Source: Selenomonadales bacterium (GTDB lineage: Bacteria > Bacillota > Negativicutes > Selenomonadales > Selenomonadaceae). From it: a stretch of 64,000 bases of DNA. Positions 28,181 through 37,157 of this stretch are shown here, one piece after another (within the stretch, counting starts at the first letter, position 1; each line of letters starts with the position of its first letter). The DNA lies in the NCBI GenBank assembly GCA_900769615.1, contig CAAGHH010000001.1, positions 6,061 to 70,060 of the forward strand, in the 5' to 3' direction. Made by a program: the position numbers and the translations under genes. The notes beneath the pieces are model-generated. The model worked only from the letters and a program-made list of their open reading frames with translations, ran no database searches and was not told the DNA's origin.

Positions 28181-28873
28181 ATGGGACAGTATACTTTTAC
28201 CGTAGAAAAAAAATGTCCAGTTTGTGGGGAAACAACGCGAGTAGTAAAAGTAAAATCAAAACTTTTGGCTGAACGTACGGATGAGGATTTTTGCGTTCAT
28301 TATAAAGATTTTAATCCTTATTTTTACAAGATATGGTTTTGTGAGCATTGTGGCTTTGCAGCTGATGAAAAAACCTTTTTGGGTTCCATTCCGCTAACGC
28401 ACAAAAGAAAAATTCAGGAATTTTTAAATTCCCGCAAGTTAGGTTTGAAATTCGTTGAAGAACGGCAGGTTCCGGATGCGGTAGCATCATTCAAGCTGGC
28501 TATTTTTTATGCTGAGCTTACGGGACAGTCACTAGCTAAAAGAGCAGGACTTTATCTTGAACTTGGCTGGATATATCGGGCATCAGAAGAAAAAGAACGT
28601 GAGGACGAAATGCTAGAGCGAGCAATTTCGCTTTATGATCGTTCGCTAATGACGGAGCGCTATCCGATTAATGGTTTATCCGATAATACAGTAATCTATC
28701 TTATAGGAGCAATTTATTATCGTTTGCATGATTTTGAAAAGTCTACGCAGTATTTGTCACGAATTATTGGTGATCAAAGAATACGTGACGAAGATATTGT
28801 ATTATATAAGCGGGCGCGTGATTTATGGCAGCGAGTTCGTGAGGAAAATAAAGAGGAGGCGCCGCAAAAATGA
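28181..28873 (+). CDS. DUF2225-like zinc-ribbon/TPR protein
   Basis: Has CPVCGE..(x)..CEHCGF Cys pairs followed by a TPR-like helical region. The start is ATG 28181 after GAGGA, where the track gives 28112. Confidence 0.55.
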   Translation: MGQYTFTVEKKCPVCGETTRVVKVKSKLLAERTDEDFCVHYKDFNPYFYKIWFCEHCGFAADEKTFLGSIPLTHKRKIQEFLNSRKLGLKFVEERQVPDAVASFKLAIFYAELTGQSLAKRAGLYLELGWIYRASEEKEREDEMLERAISLYDRSLMTERYPINGLSDNTVIYLIGAIYYRLHDFEKSTQYLSRIIGDQRIRDEDIVLYKRARDLWQRVREENKEEAPQK

Positions 28874-29559
28874 TTGATTTGCCAGCTGGCTGGCAAGAAA
28901 CTGTGCAAAATATTGATTGGTCGAAAGTAAATGAAGCAGTAGCAGATTATGGACCAGCCTTGAAAGTGATTCAAAATACTTGGGATAAGGAATCACTGCT
29001 TGAAATAAGTCAGGGCAAACTTTTTGTACCGGATGAGGTTATAAATGATGCGATAGCTAAATCTATTCCGGCAGACAGCAATGTTACGGGGCTTACGATA
29101 GCCTCTAAGGAAAATGGACGTTTGGCGATAACGGCTGATACTAAATCAGTAGGACCAGTGGAGCTTTCAGGAGAAATAAAAGAATTTGTGCATGATGGTG
29201 ATACATCATATATGGTATATCAGGTTCGTGAGCGAAATCTGCCTAATCATGGTCTTATGAGTTGGATTTTTTCACGCATATCGCTGTCTATGGCTGAAAA
29301 ATTAGTCGGTCATATTGATGTTGCTGATGATTTGCCTATCAGCATAAAGCATAATACGGTGCGTATAGATTATAGCAAGGTGTTAGCAGCGTCAGCTTTT
29401 GGACAAACTGAGTTTCAGGGAGAGCGCCTGCTCGATATGATTGAAATAGATAGTGCTAAACCTAAAGCTGGCGGGATAGAATTTCAAACCCAGCTCAAGG
29501 TGTCCGACGATGTCAAGGCAGCATTAAAGAGATTGCTAACGGCTAAAAATGCTGAGTAA
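28870..29559 (+). CDS. Hypothetical protein, translationally coupled on both sides
   Basis: 229 aa. An ATGA overlap joins it to the upstream gene, and an 11-nt overlap joins it to the downstream gene. Confidence 0.5.
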   Translation: MIDLPAGWQETVQNIDWSKVNEAVADYGPALKVIQNTWDKESLLEISQGKLFVPDEVINDAIAKSIPADSNVTGLTIASKENGRLAITADTKSVGPVELSGEIKEFVHDGDTSYMVYQVRERNLPNHGLMSWIFSRISLSMAEKLVGHIDVADDLPISIKHNTVRIDYSKVLAASAFGQTEFQGERLLDMIEIDSAKPKAGGIEFQTQLKVSDDVKAALKRLLTAKNAE

Positions 29560-31219
29560 GCAAGGAAATAAATTATTCAGGAGTGATTTTTTGGCTAAAC
29601 GTATCTTAGCATTTATGACCGTGTTAGCAGTATTTATGCTATTAGTGCCAATAGCGTCAGCACGACATAAAAATGATAAAAATGAACCAGTAAAAATATT
29701 GTATGTTCCGCATGATAATAGACCAATCTCCGATAAACAGACGGCAGCCGTAGTCGCAAAATTAGGTTATGAGGTTATAGTTCCGCCTGATGAAATATTA
29801 GGTGACAGGCAGAATCTAGGGCAGCCGGAAAAAATATGGTCATGGTTAGAGCAGAATGTATCGCAGGCACAGGCGGCGGTTATATCCGCGGATTCGATGC
29901 TGTATGGCAGTCTGGTTGGTTCGCGTAAGCATGAATACAGTGAGCAGGCAGTAGCAGCAAGAATTGCTAAATTCAGTACGCTGCATAAAGATAATCCTAA
30001 ATTGCCACTTTATGTATTTGGTTCAATCATGCGTACACCGAAAAATAGCGAAGCTTCCGGTCATGAAGAACCAGCGTATTATCGCAGTTATGGGGCAGAT
30101 ATTTTTCGTTATACGGTTTTAGAGGACAAAGCTGAGGTTGAAGGTTTATCAATGCGTGAGCAAAAAGAAATGGATTTTTTGCAGGAGCTGATACCTGAAA
30201 ATGACCTTGGCGATTGGTTAGGGCGGCGGGAGAAGAATTTTCGCGCCAATGAAAAACTGATAAAACTTACGCAGGATAATGTTTTTTCGTATTTAGTGCT
30301 GGGGCGTGACGACAATGCGCCGTATTCAAGGACGCATTTAGAAAGCCGGCATTTAGCGAGTTCAGGCAGCAGCATGGATAAAAATAAGTTTCAGGCGATG
30401 GCCGGAATTGATGAGACGGGGCTTTTGCTTTTGACGCGGGCAGTAAATACTTTGCAAAATGTTACGCCAACGGTTTTTATTCGCTATAACTGGGGGCGGG
30501 GGGAATATACGGTACCGTCCTATTCGGATGAAAAAATCAGTGCTTCTTTGACATCAGCTATAATTGCGGCTAAAGCCGAGCCGGTGAAAAGACCAGCTGG
30601 GGCAGATTTGGTATTGACGGTAAACACTAATCCTAATGGCAAAACCTATGAAGCCAGTGCCCGGAGTAATAATACCAAAGCCAGAGAAGGTACTAAATAT
30701 TTTGCTGATATAGTAAGTGAATATCTAGCTAATGGTTATCCAGTAGGTATTGCTGATATTGCTTATGCTAATGGGGCTGACAATGCGCTTTTGGAAGAAT
30801 TAAGAAAACGGCAGCTATTGTTTAAATTAAAATGCTATGCTGGCTGGAATACAGCGACTAACAGCACGGGCTTTGCCTTGGCGGAAGGTCTGCTCGCTAG
30901 CCGGATGTCAGCTGAGTCCGTAGATGATTTGCTTTTGACTAGATATTTAGACGACTGGTGTTATCAGGCTAATGTGCGCAATACTATCGCTAGACAGCTT
31001 ACGTGGCTTAGAGGTGACGGGGTCTATGGCAGTCTTGATTCTAAAAAAGATGCGGTAGCCCAGCGTTCAATTAAAATGATAAGACAATTTGTTCAGGACA
31101 ATTTACCGCCTTTAAAGACATTAGAAGAGCTAGATATAACTTTTCCTTGGAATAGATTATTTGAAGCTGATATTTTGCATCAGGAATATCAAGAAATAAA
31201 TTATTTCAAACGTAAATAA
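29549..31219 (+). CDS. DUF4127-like protein with an N-terminal signal/TM segment
   Basis: 556 aa. The N-terminal hydrophobic segment is ILAFMTVLAVFMLLVPIASA. The assignment to this conserved family of unknown function is made from memory. Confidence 0.5.
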   Translation: MLSKQGNKLFRSDFLAKRILAFMTVLAVFMLLVPIASARHKNDKNEPVKILYVPHDNRPISDKQTAAVVAKLGYEVIVPPDEILGDRQNLGQPEKIWSWLEQNVSQAQAAVISADSMLYGSLVGSRKHEYSEQAVAARIAKFSTLHKDNPKLPLYVFGSIMRTPKNSEASGHEEPAYYRSYGADIFRYTVLEDKAEVEGLSMREQKEMDFLQELIPENDLGDWLGRREKNFRANEKLIKLTQDNVFSYLVLGRDDNAPYSRTHLESRHLASSGSSMDKNKFQAMAGIDETGLLLLTRAVNTLQNVTPTVFIRYNWGRGEYTVPSYSDEKISASLTSAIIAAKAEPVKRPAGADLVLTVNTNPNGKTYEASARSNNTKAREGTKYFADIVSEYLANGYPVGIADIAYANGADNALLEELRKRQLLFKLKCYAGWNTATNSTGFALAEGLLASRMSAESVDDLLLTRYLDDWCYQANVRNTIARQLTWLRGDGVYGSLDSKKDAVAQRSIKMIRQFVQDNLPPLKTLEELDITFPWNRLFEADILHQEYQEINYFKRK

Positions 31220-31262
31220 ATATACTAAAAGGTTCCAAGCCATCTTGACTTGGAACCTTTTA
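31219..31262. terminator. Bidirectional terminator hairpin
   Basis: aaaaggttccaagc..gcttggaacctttt, located between convergent genes. Confidence 0.65.
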
Positions 31263-31281
31263 GTACGTTATCTAAAAAATA

Positions 31282-31422
31282 TTAATTTTTCTTGTCAGCA
31301 CTGTGATTAGCAACTTTTGCACATACAGTAGCAATACGTTCGATGAAATCATATTCCATAGAGCTTTCATTCCAAGCCTGCTGGAATTGTTTAGAATCAA
31401 TGATATTCTTTAATTCGCGCAT
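31282..31422 (-). CDS. Small 46-aa ORF absent from the track (MRELKNIIDSKQFQQAWNESSMEYDFIERIATVCAKVANHSADKKN)
   Basis: A strong RBS (gggaggtg, 7 nt upstream of the ATG) precedes it on the minus strand, and a terminator follows immediately. Confidence 0.45.
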   Translation of the reverse strand: MRELKNIIDSKQFQQAWNESSMEYDFIERIATVCAKVANHSADKKN

Positions 31423-31649
31423 AATTGCACCTCCCACTAGACCATTCTATTTAATAATGAACAGGTATTAGTACCTGATGACAAAATATATTATAGCAGG
31501 TACTAAAAAAAATGCAAGTTGTTTTTATAAAATTTTTTCTAGTCAAATAGTCCTTGTTGATTTTATAAGTTCGTGCTAAAATTAATAAAGTGTTGGTGTG
31601 ATTATATTAATAGTTTTCAAATAATTTCTGCAATGAGGACTGTTGCTTT

Positions 31650-32642
31650 ATGTTTAGTAATGTGATTCAAAACGTAAGTACCGAAACCTTGTGGGGGATT
31701 ATTGTTGTTATGGGAGTTATATTAGTATTTCTTCTATGGGAACATTTTTATATCAGAGCGCAGCTGCAATTTAAGCAAGAGCGTTACTGGTGGGTCCTGG
31801 GTGCGTCGGATATGTATATATTTGAGTATGATATTTTAGCAGATGAGCTGAGGCTATCAGACCATTTTGCAGCATTGCTGGGGGTTCCTAGTCATGTTTT
31901 TCAATTTACTAAAGTAGTGCAAAATGCTAATGAAGCTAAATTGGAGCACGGGTTAGGGGTAGTTGATTGTGTGCTGCAGCACGACGATTATAAGAGTCTC
32001 GATACAGTTTCGTTAAAGCGGGCGGATGGCAGCATTGGTATGTTTCGAGTACGCTGCAATTCGTTTCGTGATTCACAAGGTGAGATTGCCTTTAAGACAG
32101 GTATACTAGTTGATGTAACTCGGGAAGTACGGGAAGAAGAAACGTTGCGGGCTAAGGCTGAAATTGATGGTTTGACTGGAATTTATAATAGCAGTACGAT
32201 AAAATATTTGATAGAAAAATCTTTGGATGCTGGTATGAATGGCAAAAGTGGTGCCTTTGTGATGTTCGATATCGATCATTTCAAGACCATCAATGATACC
32301 TATGGTCATCAGGCGGGAGATAAAGTATTACAGACTATTGCTAAAAGTGTACAGTCGATAATTCGTGACAGCGACATTTTTGGGCGCTTAGGCGGCGATG
32401 AGTTTTGTGTATTCTTGACTGGTGTGCCAGGGTATGAATTTTTGTGTGATTTTTGTAAACGGTTAAATGATATAGCAGTTGATTGCATGGCAGGCACTGA
32501 TTTAGATATTATGGTAACTATCAGTGTTGGTGGTATTATCGTACGTGAAGGTGATGTATTTGTGCATCTTTATGAGCGGGGTGATAAAGCACTGTATGAA
32601 GCTAAGCATCGTGGCCGGAACACGAATTGTGTTACAGCTTAA
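31650..32642 (+). CDS. GGDEF-domain diguanylate cyclase with an N-terminal TM and sensor region
   Basis: Carries the GGDEF active site in RLGGDEF, together with DIDHFKTINDTYGHQAGD and the C-terminal KALYEAKHRGRN typical of diguanylate cyclases. Confidence 0.85.
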   Translation: MFSNVIQNVSTETLWGIIVVMGVILVFLLWEHFYIRAQLQFKQERYWWVLGASDMYIFEYDILADELRLSDHFAALLGVPSHVFQFTKVVQNANEAKLEHGLGVVDCVLQHDDYKSLDTVSLKRADGSIGMFRVRCNSFRDSQGEIAFKTGILVDVTREVREEETLRAKAEIDGLTGIYNSSTIKYLIEKSLDAGMNGKSGAFVMFDIDHFKTINDTYGHQAGDKVLQTIAKSVQSIIRDSDIFGRLGGDEFCVFLTGVPGYEFLCDFCKRLNDIAVDCMAGTDLDIMVTISVGGIIVREGDVFVHLYERGDKALYEAKHRGRNTNCVTA

Positions 32643-32644
32643 AT

Positions 32645-32695
32645 AAAAAACAGGTTATCTAGGACTAATTACCTAGACAACCTGTTTTTATTGCT
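32645..32695. terminator. Bidirectional terminator between the GGDEF gene and serC
   Basis: aaaaacaggttatctagg ... cctagacaacctgttttt. Confidence 0.7.
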
Positions 32696-32697
32696 TA

Positions 32698-33789
32698 TTA
32701 AGCGTTAGCCTGACGGAATTTATCCATGAATTCAGCTAATTTTAGCGCACCTTCGTAAGGCATAGCGTTGTAGATAGAAGCACGCATACCACCGACGCTG
32801 CGATGACCTTTGACGCCGCTTAAACCATTGGCTAGTGCTTCAGCTACAAATTTAGCCTCAAGTTCTTCATTGGGCAGTCGGAACGTTACATTCATGAAGG
32901 ACCGGCTGTCTTTATCGGCATGACCGCGATAGAAGCCATTAGAGTTGTCGATAGCATCATAGAGGAGTGCAGCTTTCTTTTTATTGCGTTTTTCCATTTC
33001 AGCAAGTCCGCCCTGAGCTTTTATCCAGGCAGCAACTTTGCCAACCATGTAAATGCAGAAGGCTGGCGGTGTGTTATAAAGGGAATCTTTTTTGAGGAAG
33101 GTGCTGTATCTGAACATAGTTGGCAAGGTTTCAGGGCTTTTTGCCAGCAATTCTTTCTTAGCGACCACTAGCACTACGCCAGCAGGACCTAAGTTTTTCT
33201 GAACACCAGCGTAGATTAAATCAAATTTTTTGAAGTCTACAGGTCTGGACAGCATATCAGATGACATATCCGCAAACAAAGGCACACCTTTGGTATCGGG
33301 CACGTAGTGATATTCGGTACCGTAGATAGTGTTGTTATAGCAAAGATGAACATAAGCAGCTTCAGGATTTATTTTCAGTTCGTCCTGAGTCGGAATATGA
33401 CGGAATTCACGATCCTTACTGGAAGCTGCGATTTCACCAACGCCTAAAAGCTCAGCCTCTTTATAAGCTTTTGTGGCAAAGCTTCCTGATAAAACATAGT
33501 TTCCTGGATGTTCTTTGCTAGCAAAATTCAGTGGCACCATAGCAAATTGAGTGCTGGCACCGCCCTGACAGAACAGTACTTCATAATCATCACCTAAGCC
33601 CATAAGTTCCTTGATGTCAGCTTTGGCTTTAGCATGAACCTCGGCATATTGTTTTGCGCGATGACTGATTTCAAGAATAGACATGCCGCTATTGTTGAAA
33701 TTCAAAAATTCAGCCTGAGCCTCTTTCAGAACTTCAAGTGGCAGGGTAGCTGGACCTGGGTTGAAGTTGTAAACGCGATTTGCTTCCAT
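32698..33789 (-). CDS. serC: Phosphoserine aminotransferase
   Basis: YNFNPGPATLP N-terminus and a PLP-dependent class V fold. The start is ATG 33789 after GGAGG, where the track gives 33822. Confidence 0.85.
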   Translation of the reverse strand: MEANRVYNFNPGPATLPLEVLKEAQAEFLNFNNSGMSILEISHRAKQYAEVHAKAKADIKELMGLGDDYEVLFCQGGASTQFAMVPLNFASKEHPGNYVLSGSFATKAYKEAELLGVGEIAASSKDREFRHIPTQDELKINPEAAYVHLCYNNTIYGTEYHYVPDTKGVPLFADMSSDMLSRPVDFKKFDLIYAGVQKNLGPAGVVLVVAKKELLAKSPETLPTMFRYSTFLKKDSLYNTPPAFCIYMVGKVAAWIKAQGGLAEMEKRNKKKAALLYDAIDNSNGFYRGHADKDSRSFMNVTFRLPNEELEAKFVAEALANGLSGVKGHRSVGGMRASIYNAMPYEGALKLAEFMDKFRQANA

Positions 33790-33943
33790 GAAGTAAAAAC
33801 CTCCTAAATGCGGTAAAATCATATTTTATTAGCCAATTACGGTCGCCCACTCAAAACGGACATCAACCGTTTTTTTATATTTTAACGCGGTTATTTATGA
33901 AAAGCAAGCAGAAAAATAAATATTGTTTTTGTGAAAAACACAC

Positions 33944-33972
33944 TTGACACTATAATGTGGATACACTATAAT
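33944..33972 (+). promoter_or_regulatory. Consensus sigma-A promoter TTGACA-17-TATAAT upstream of the serA leader
   Basis: TTGACA lies at 33944-33949 and TATAAT at 33967-33972. Confidence 0.6.
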
Positions 33973-33984
33973 ACAATCATGCAC

Positions 33985-34205
33985 ACAAGTGAACGCAGTG
34001 ATGAGAATACAGTTGATGATTCCTTTTTAGGGAGCTGGTGTTTAGTGAAAGCCAGCAGGAGTTGCAGCCTTCCACCTCGGAGCGGCCGGCGATGAGTCGG
34101 ACGGGAAAGCCCGATACAGCAGCAAGAGAGATGCTTTGGCATCACTTGGGTGGCACCACGGACATTATGCTCCGTCCCAAATTTGGGACGGAGCTTTTTA
34201 GGTTA
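33985..34205 (+). promoter_or_regulatory. T-box riboswitch leader upstream of serA, probably responsive to tRNA-Ser
   Basis: Has a GA/K-turn-like AGUGAUGAG near the 5' end, the T-box motif UUGGGUGGCACCACGG at 34146-34161 and a terminator hairpin cuccguccc..gggacggag plus U-run at 34170-34200 that overlaps the antiterminator. Confidence 0.65.
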
Positions 34206-34272
34206 TGTGATAAGCTTGCGTGCTGGTTTAATTGGTCAGTATGATGTTTTGATTTAGAGGAGCGAAAAAGAC

Positions 34273-35856
34273 ATGAAGGTTTTAGCAGCAGATGGTATTT
34301 CACCAAAAGGTATTGAATTATTGCGCAAGGAATTTGAGGTTGATGTCAAGGATAAACTGCCAGCAGAAGAACTGCTGGAAATAATTCCTGAGTATGATGC
34401 TTTGATGGTTCGGTCGGCTTCTAAAGTAACAGCAGAAGTTATAGCTAGGGCTAAAAAACTTAAAATAATCGGTCGGGCTGGTGTTGGTGTTGATAATATT
34501 GATATTCCAGCAGCTACGGCTAAAGGCATCATTGTAATAAATTCACCGGGTGGTAATACTATTGCCGCTACTGAACATACGATGGCTATGATGCTGGCGA
34601 TGTCACGTAATATTCCGGTAGCCAATGAAACGATGCAGCAGGGCTTGTGGAACCGCAAACAATATGTTGGTGTTGAGCTTAGAGGCAAGACACTTGGCGT
34701 AATCGGAATGGGTCGTATTGGTTCAGGCGTAGCTAAGCGGGCTATGGCATTCGATATGAATGTAATTGCTTATGATCCATATATAAATGAAGAAAGAGCT
34801 AAAGCATTAGGTGTTACTATTGGCACGCTGGATGATGTAATCACCAAATCAGATTTTATCACGGTTCATATGCCGCTCACGCCCGATACCAAGGGTATGA
34901 TTGGTATGGAACAGATGAAAAAGATGAAGAAAGGCGTTCGTCTGGTTAACTGTGCCCGCGGCGGTATCATTGTCGAAGAAGATTTAGCTGAAGCAGTAAA
35001 ACAGGGAATTGTTGCGGGAGCAGCTATTGATGTTTATACTAGCGAACCAGTAGGTAAAGATCATCCGTTAGTTGGCGTACCGGGAATTGTCTTGACACCG
35101 CATCTTGGAGCCTCAACAGTTGAAGCGCAAATAGGAGTTTCGCTTGATGTTTCCAAAGGTATTTTGGCTGCGCTTAAGGGTGAGCCGGTAGCAACGGCGG
35201 TCAACATGGCGCCGGTTTCACCGCAGGTTATGCAGGTTATAGCACCGTATCTTACTTTGGCTGAACGTTTGGGCGGCACGGTAGTTTCTTTGGCTGAGGG
35301 CCCGCTGGAAAAGGTTGAAGTAACATATAATGGTGAGATAACTGAGGTAAATACTGGTTTATTGACGACGGCTGTGGTTAAGGGAATGCTCAATCCAGTT
35401 ATGGAGAATGAAGTTAATTATGTCAATGCACCGGGACTGGCTAAGGAGCGTGGTATCAAGGTAAGTGAAGTAAAAGAAAAAGAAGTAGAAGATTTTACTA
35501 ATCTCATTACCGTTAAAGCTGTAGCTGGCGGCAAGACCCTTTCGGTACAGGGAACGCTCTTTGGCAGTGAAGGTCGTATCGTCAGAATCAATAAATTCCG
35601 TGTCGATGTTGATCCGCATGCACGTATTCTGGTTTGTCCGCACATCAATCGTCCAGGCGTTATTGGTACAGTTGGTACGCTGCTGGGGGCTAAGGGAATC
35701 AATATTTCTGCTATGCAGGTAGGCAAAACTGATGTCGAAGGGACTAATCTGATGGTGCTGACAGTTGATAATGATATTCCGGCTGCGGTACTAGATGAAG
35801 TTAAAGCCGTAGAAGGCATTTTTGATGCTAAGCTGGTAAACTTCTATGCTATCTAA
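34273..35856 (+). CDS. serA: D-3-phosphoglycerate dehydrogenase with a C-terminal ACT domain
   Basis: 527 aa with GIIGRAGVGVDNID, GxGxIG NAD-binding (GVIGMGRIGSGV), a catalytic-region His and a C-terminal ACT-like region. Confidence 0.9.
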   Translation: MKVLAADGISPKGIELLRKEFEVDVKDKLPAEELLEIIPEYDALMVRSASKVTAEVIARAKKLKIIGRAGVGVDNIDIPAATAKGIIVINSPGGNTIAATEHTMAMMLAMSRNIPVANETMQQGLWNRKQYVGVELRGKTLGVIGMGRIGSGVAKRAMAFDMNVIAYDPYINEERAKALGVTIGTLDDVITKSDFITVHMPLTPDTKGMIGMEQMKKMKKGVRLVNCARGGIIVEEDLAEAVKQGIVAGAAIDVYTSEPVGKDHPLVGVPGIVLTPHLGASTVEAQIGVSLDVSKGILAALKGEPVATAVNMAPVSPQVMQVIAPYLTLAERLGGTVVSLAEGPLEKVEVTYNGEITEVNTGLLTTAVVKGMLNPVMENEVNYVNAPGLAKERGIKVSEVKEKEVEDFTNLITVKAVAGGKTLSVQGTLFGSEGRIVRINKFRVDVDPHARILVCPHINRPGVIGTVGTLLGAKGINISAMQVGKTDVEGTNLMVLTVDNDIPAAVLDEVKAVEGIFDAKLVNFYAI

Positions 35857-36061
35857 TTAAATAGAAGGATTTTTATTAAGGGTTCTTGCTGGTTAGCTGC
35901 TGGCAAGAATCTTTTTTTGTACAATTGTACATGTTTTGTGTTATGTATACAAAATATGCTTAAAAATTACACTTTAATAACGAAATTAAAGTATACATGC
36001 ATACAATTTGCATTACGTCCAATAGTATGATAGAATTTATCCACGGTTGGAGGAATGATGT

Positions 36062-36415
36062 ATGTATACAAAAGAAATGTATGTAACAAGAATAAAAATA
36101 ATTGCCCTTAGTCAGATTCGTAATATTTTGGATGCGGTGAAGCAAACACCAGCTGGATTCCGCAAAGATACTGTAGAGTATCTGGAGGCTATGTATTACA
36201 TAGTTGATAATATGACGTCGGAGCGTTTAGCTGAGATAGTTAATACAGTTCATGATAGTTATGTTGAGCAAGGCATGGACGATGATGGCTATGTTGCTGA
36301 TTCATTGATGATGATTGCTTTAGCTGAATATCAAAATGAATTAGGTGAGCGTAATATTTACGATATGGGCTGGGATCGTATGGTTGAAGATTTCTTCCGT
36401 ACCGCTATAGCTTAA
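36062..36415 (+). CDS. Hypothetical small acidic protein
   Basis: A 117-aa ORF with coding-like composition and no recognizable motif. Confidence 0.4.
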   Translation: MYTKEMYVTRIKIIALSQIRNILDAVKQTPAGFRKDTVEYLEAMYYIVDNMTSERLAEIVNTVHDSYVEQGMDDDGYVADSLMMIALAEYQNELGERNIYDMGWDRMVEDFFRTAIA

Positions 36416-36556
36416 TAAAATAGCTTTTCTTTCATCAAATTTAAAATAAATTGTCATCTGGAAAAAACTTCTGCTTATTAGCAGGAGTTTTTTTGTGTCT
36501 CAACGAAAGTAGTGGTAAATAGTAGCGTGATAGCAAACAAAAGGAGGTATTGTTTT

Positions 36557-37141
36557 ATGCCAATGTACAGAAAGTCGATGCTGGTTTTAATATTATTGCT
36601 GCTGGCGGGGATTGGCGGAACGCTGTATGGTTTATATGGTCAGGAAAAAATGGATACCTTGGATTGTGCCGAAGAATTGCCAGAAAATAAAGCTGCCGTG
36701 AGTATTACCGTATATGTTACTGGTGCGGTAAATAATCCTGGCCTGGTTACAGTTGCCGAAAATTCACGATTGGCAGATGCCGTTAATAAGGCTGGTGGTC
36801 TTTTGCCTACTGCGGATAGTGAAAAAGTAAATATGGCACAGGTCGTTAAGGATGGTCAGCAGCTGAAAATACCAGAAAAAAATACTGATGAAAGTAAAGA
36901 TAGTTCAAGAGGTGCAAGTAAAAAAAATAATAGTCAGCAAGATAAAAATTCATTAGTAAATATCAATACGGCTAGTGAAAAGGAATTAGACTCACTGCCT
37001 GGCATTGGTCCGGCTATGGCTAAGCGTATTGTTGAGTATCGGGAAAGTAATGGCAGTTTTCAATCAGTAGCGGATTTAAAAAAAATAAAAGGAATTGGCG
37101 AAGCCAAATTTAATAAGTTGCAGGATAAGATTTGTATTTGA
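36557..37141 (+). CDS. comEA: Competence protein ComEA (HhH DNA-binding)
   Basis: N-terminal TM segment, a SLBB-like region (AVSITVYVTGAVNNPG) and tandem helix-hairpin-helix INTASEKELDSLPGIGPAMAKRIVEYR. The start is ATG 36557. Confidence 0.85.
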   Translation: MPMYRKSMLVLILLLLAGIGGTLYGLYGQEKMDTLDCAEELPENKAAVSITVYVTGAVNNPGLVTVAENSRLADAVNKAGGLLPTADSEKVNMAQVVKDGQQLKIPEKNTDESKDSSRGASKKNNSQQDKNSLVNINTASEKELDSLPGIGPAMAKRIVEYRESNGSFQSVADLKKIKGIGEAKFNKLQDKICI

Positions 37142-37157
37142 GGCAAAGGGGCAGAGC

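Noticed and set aside
34038-34244. 68-aa track ORF upstream of serA
   Set aside because: It coincides with the T-box leader, which has the UUGGGUGGCACCACGG motif and a terminator, and is very unlikely to be coding.
34254-34688. 144-aa minus-strand ORF overlapping the serA start
   Set aside because: It is antisense to the well-supported serA and has no RBS or motif.
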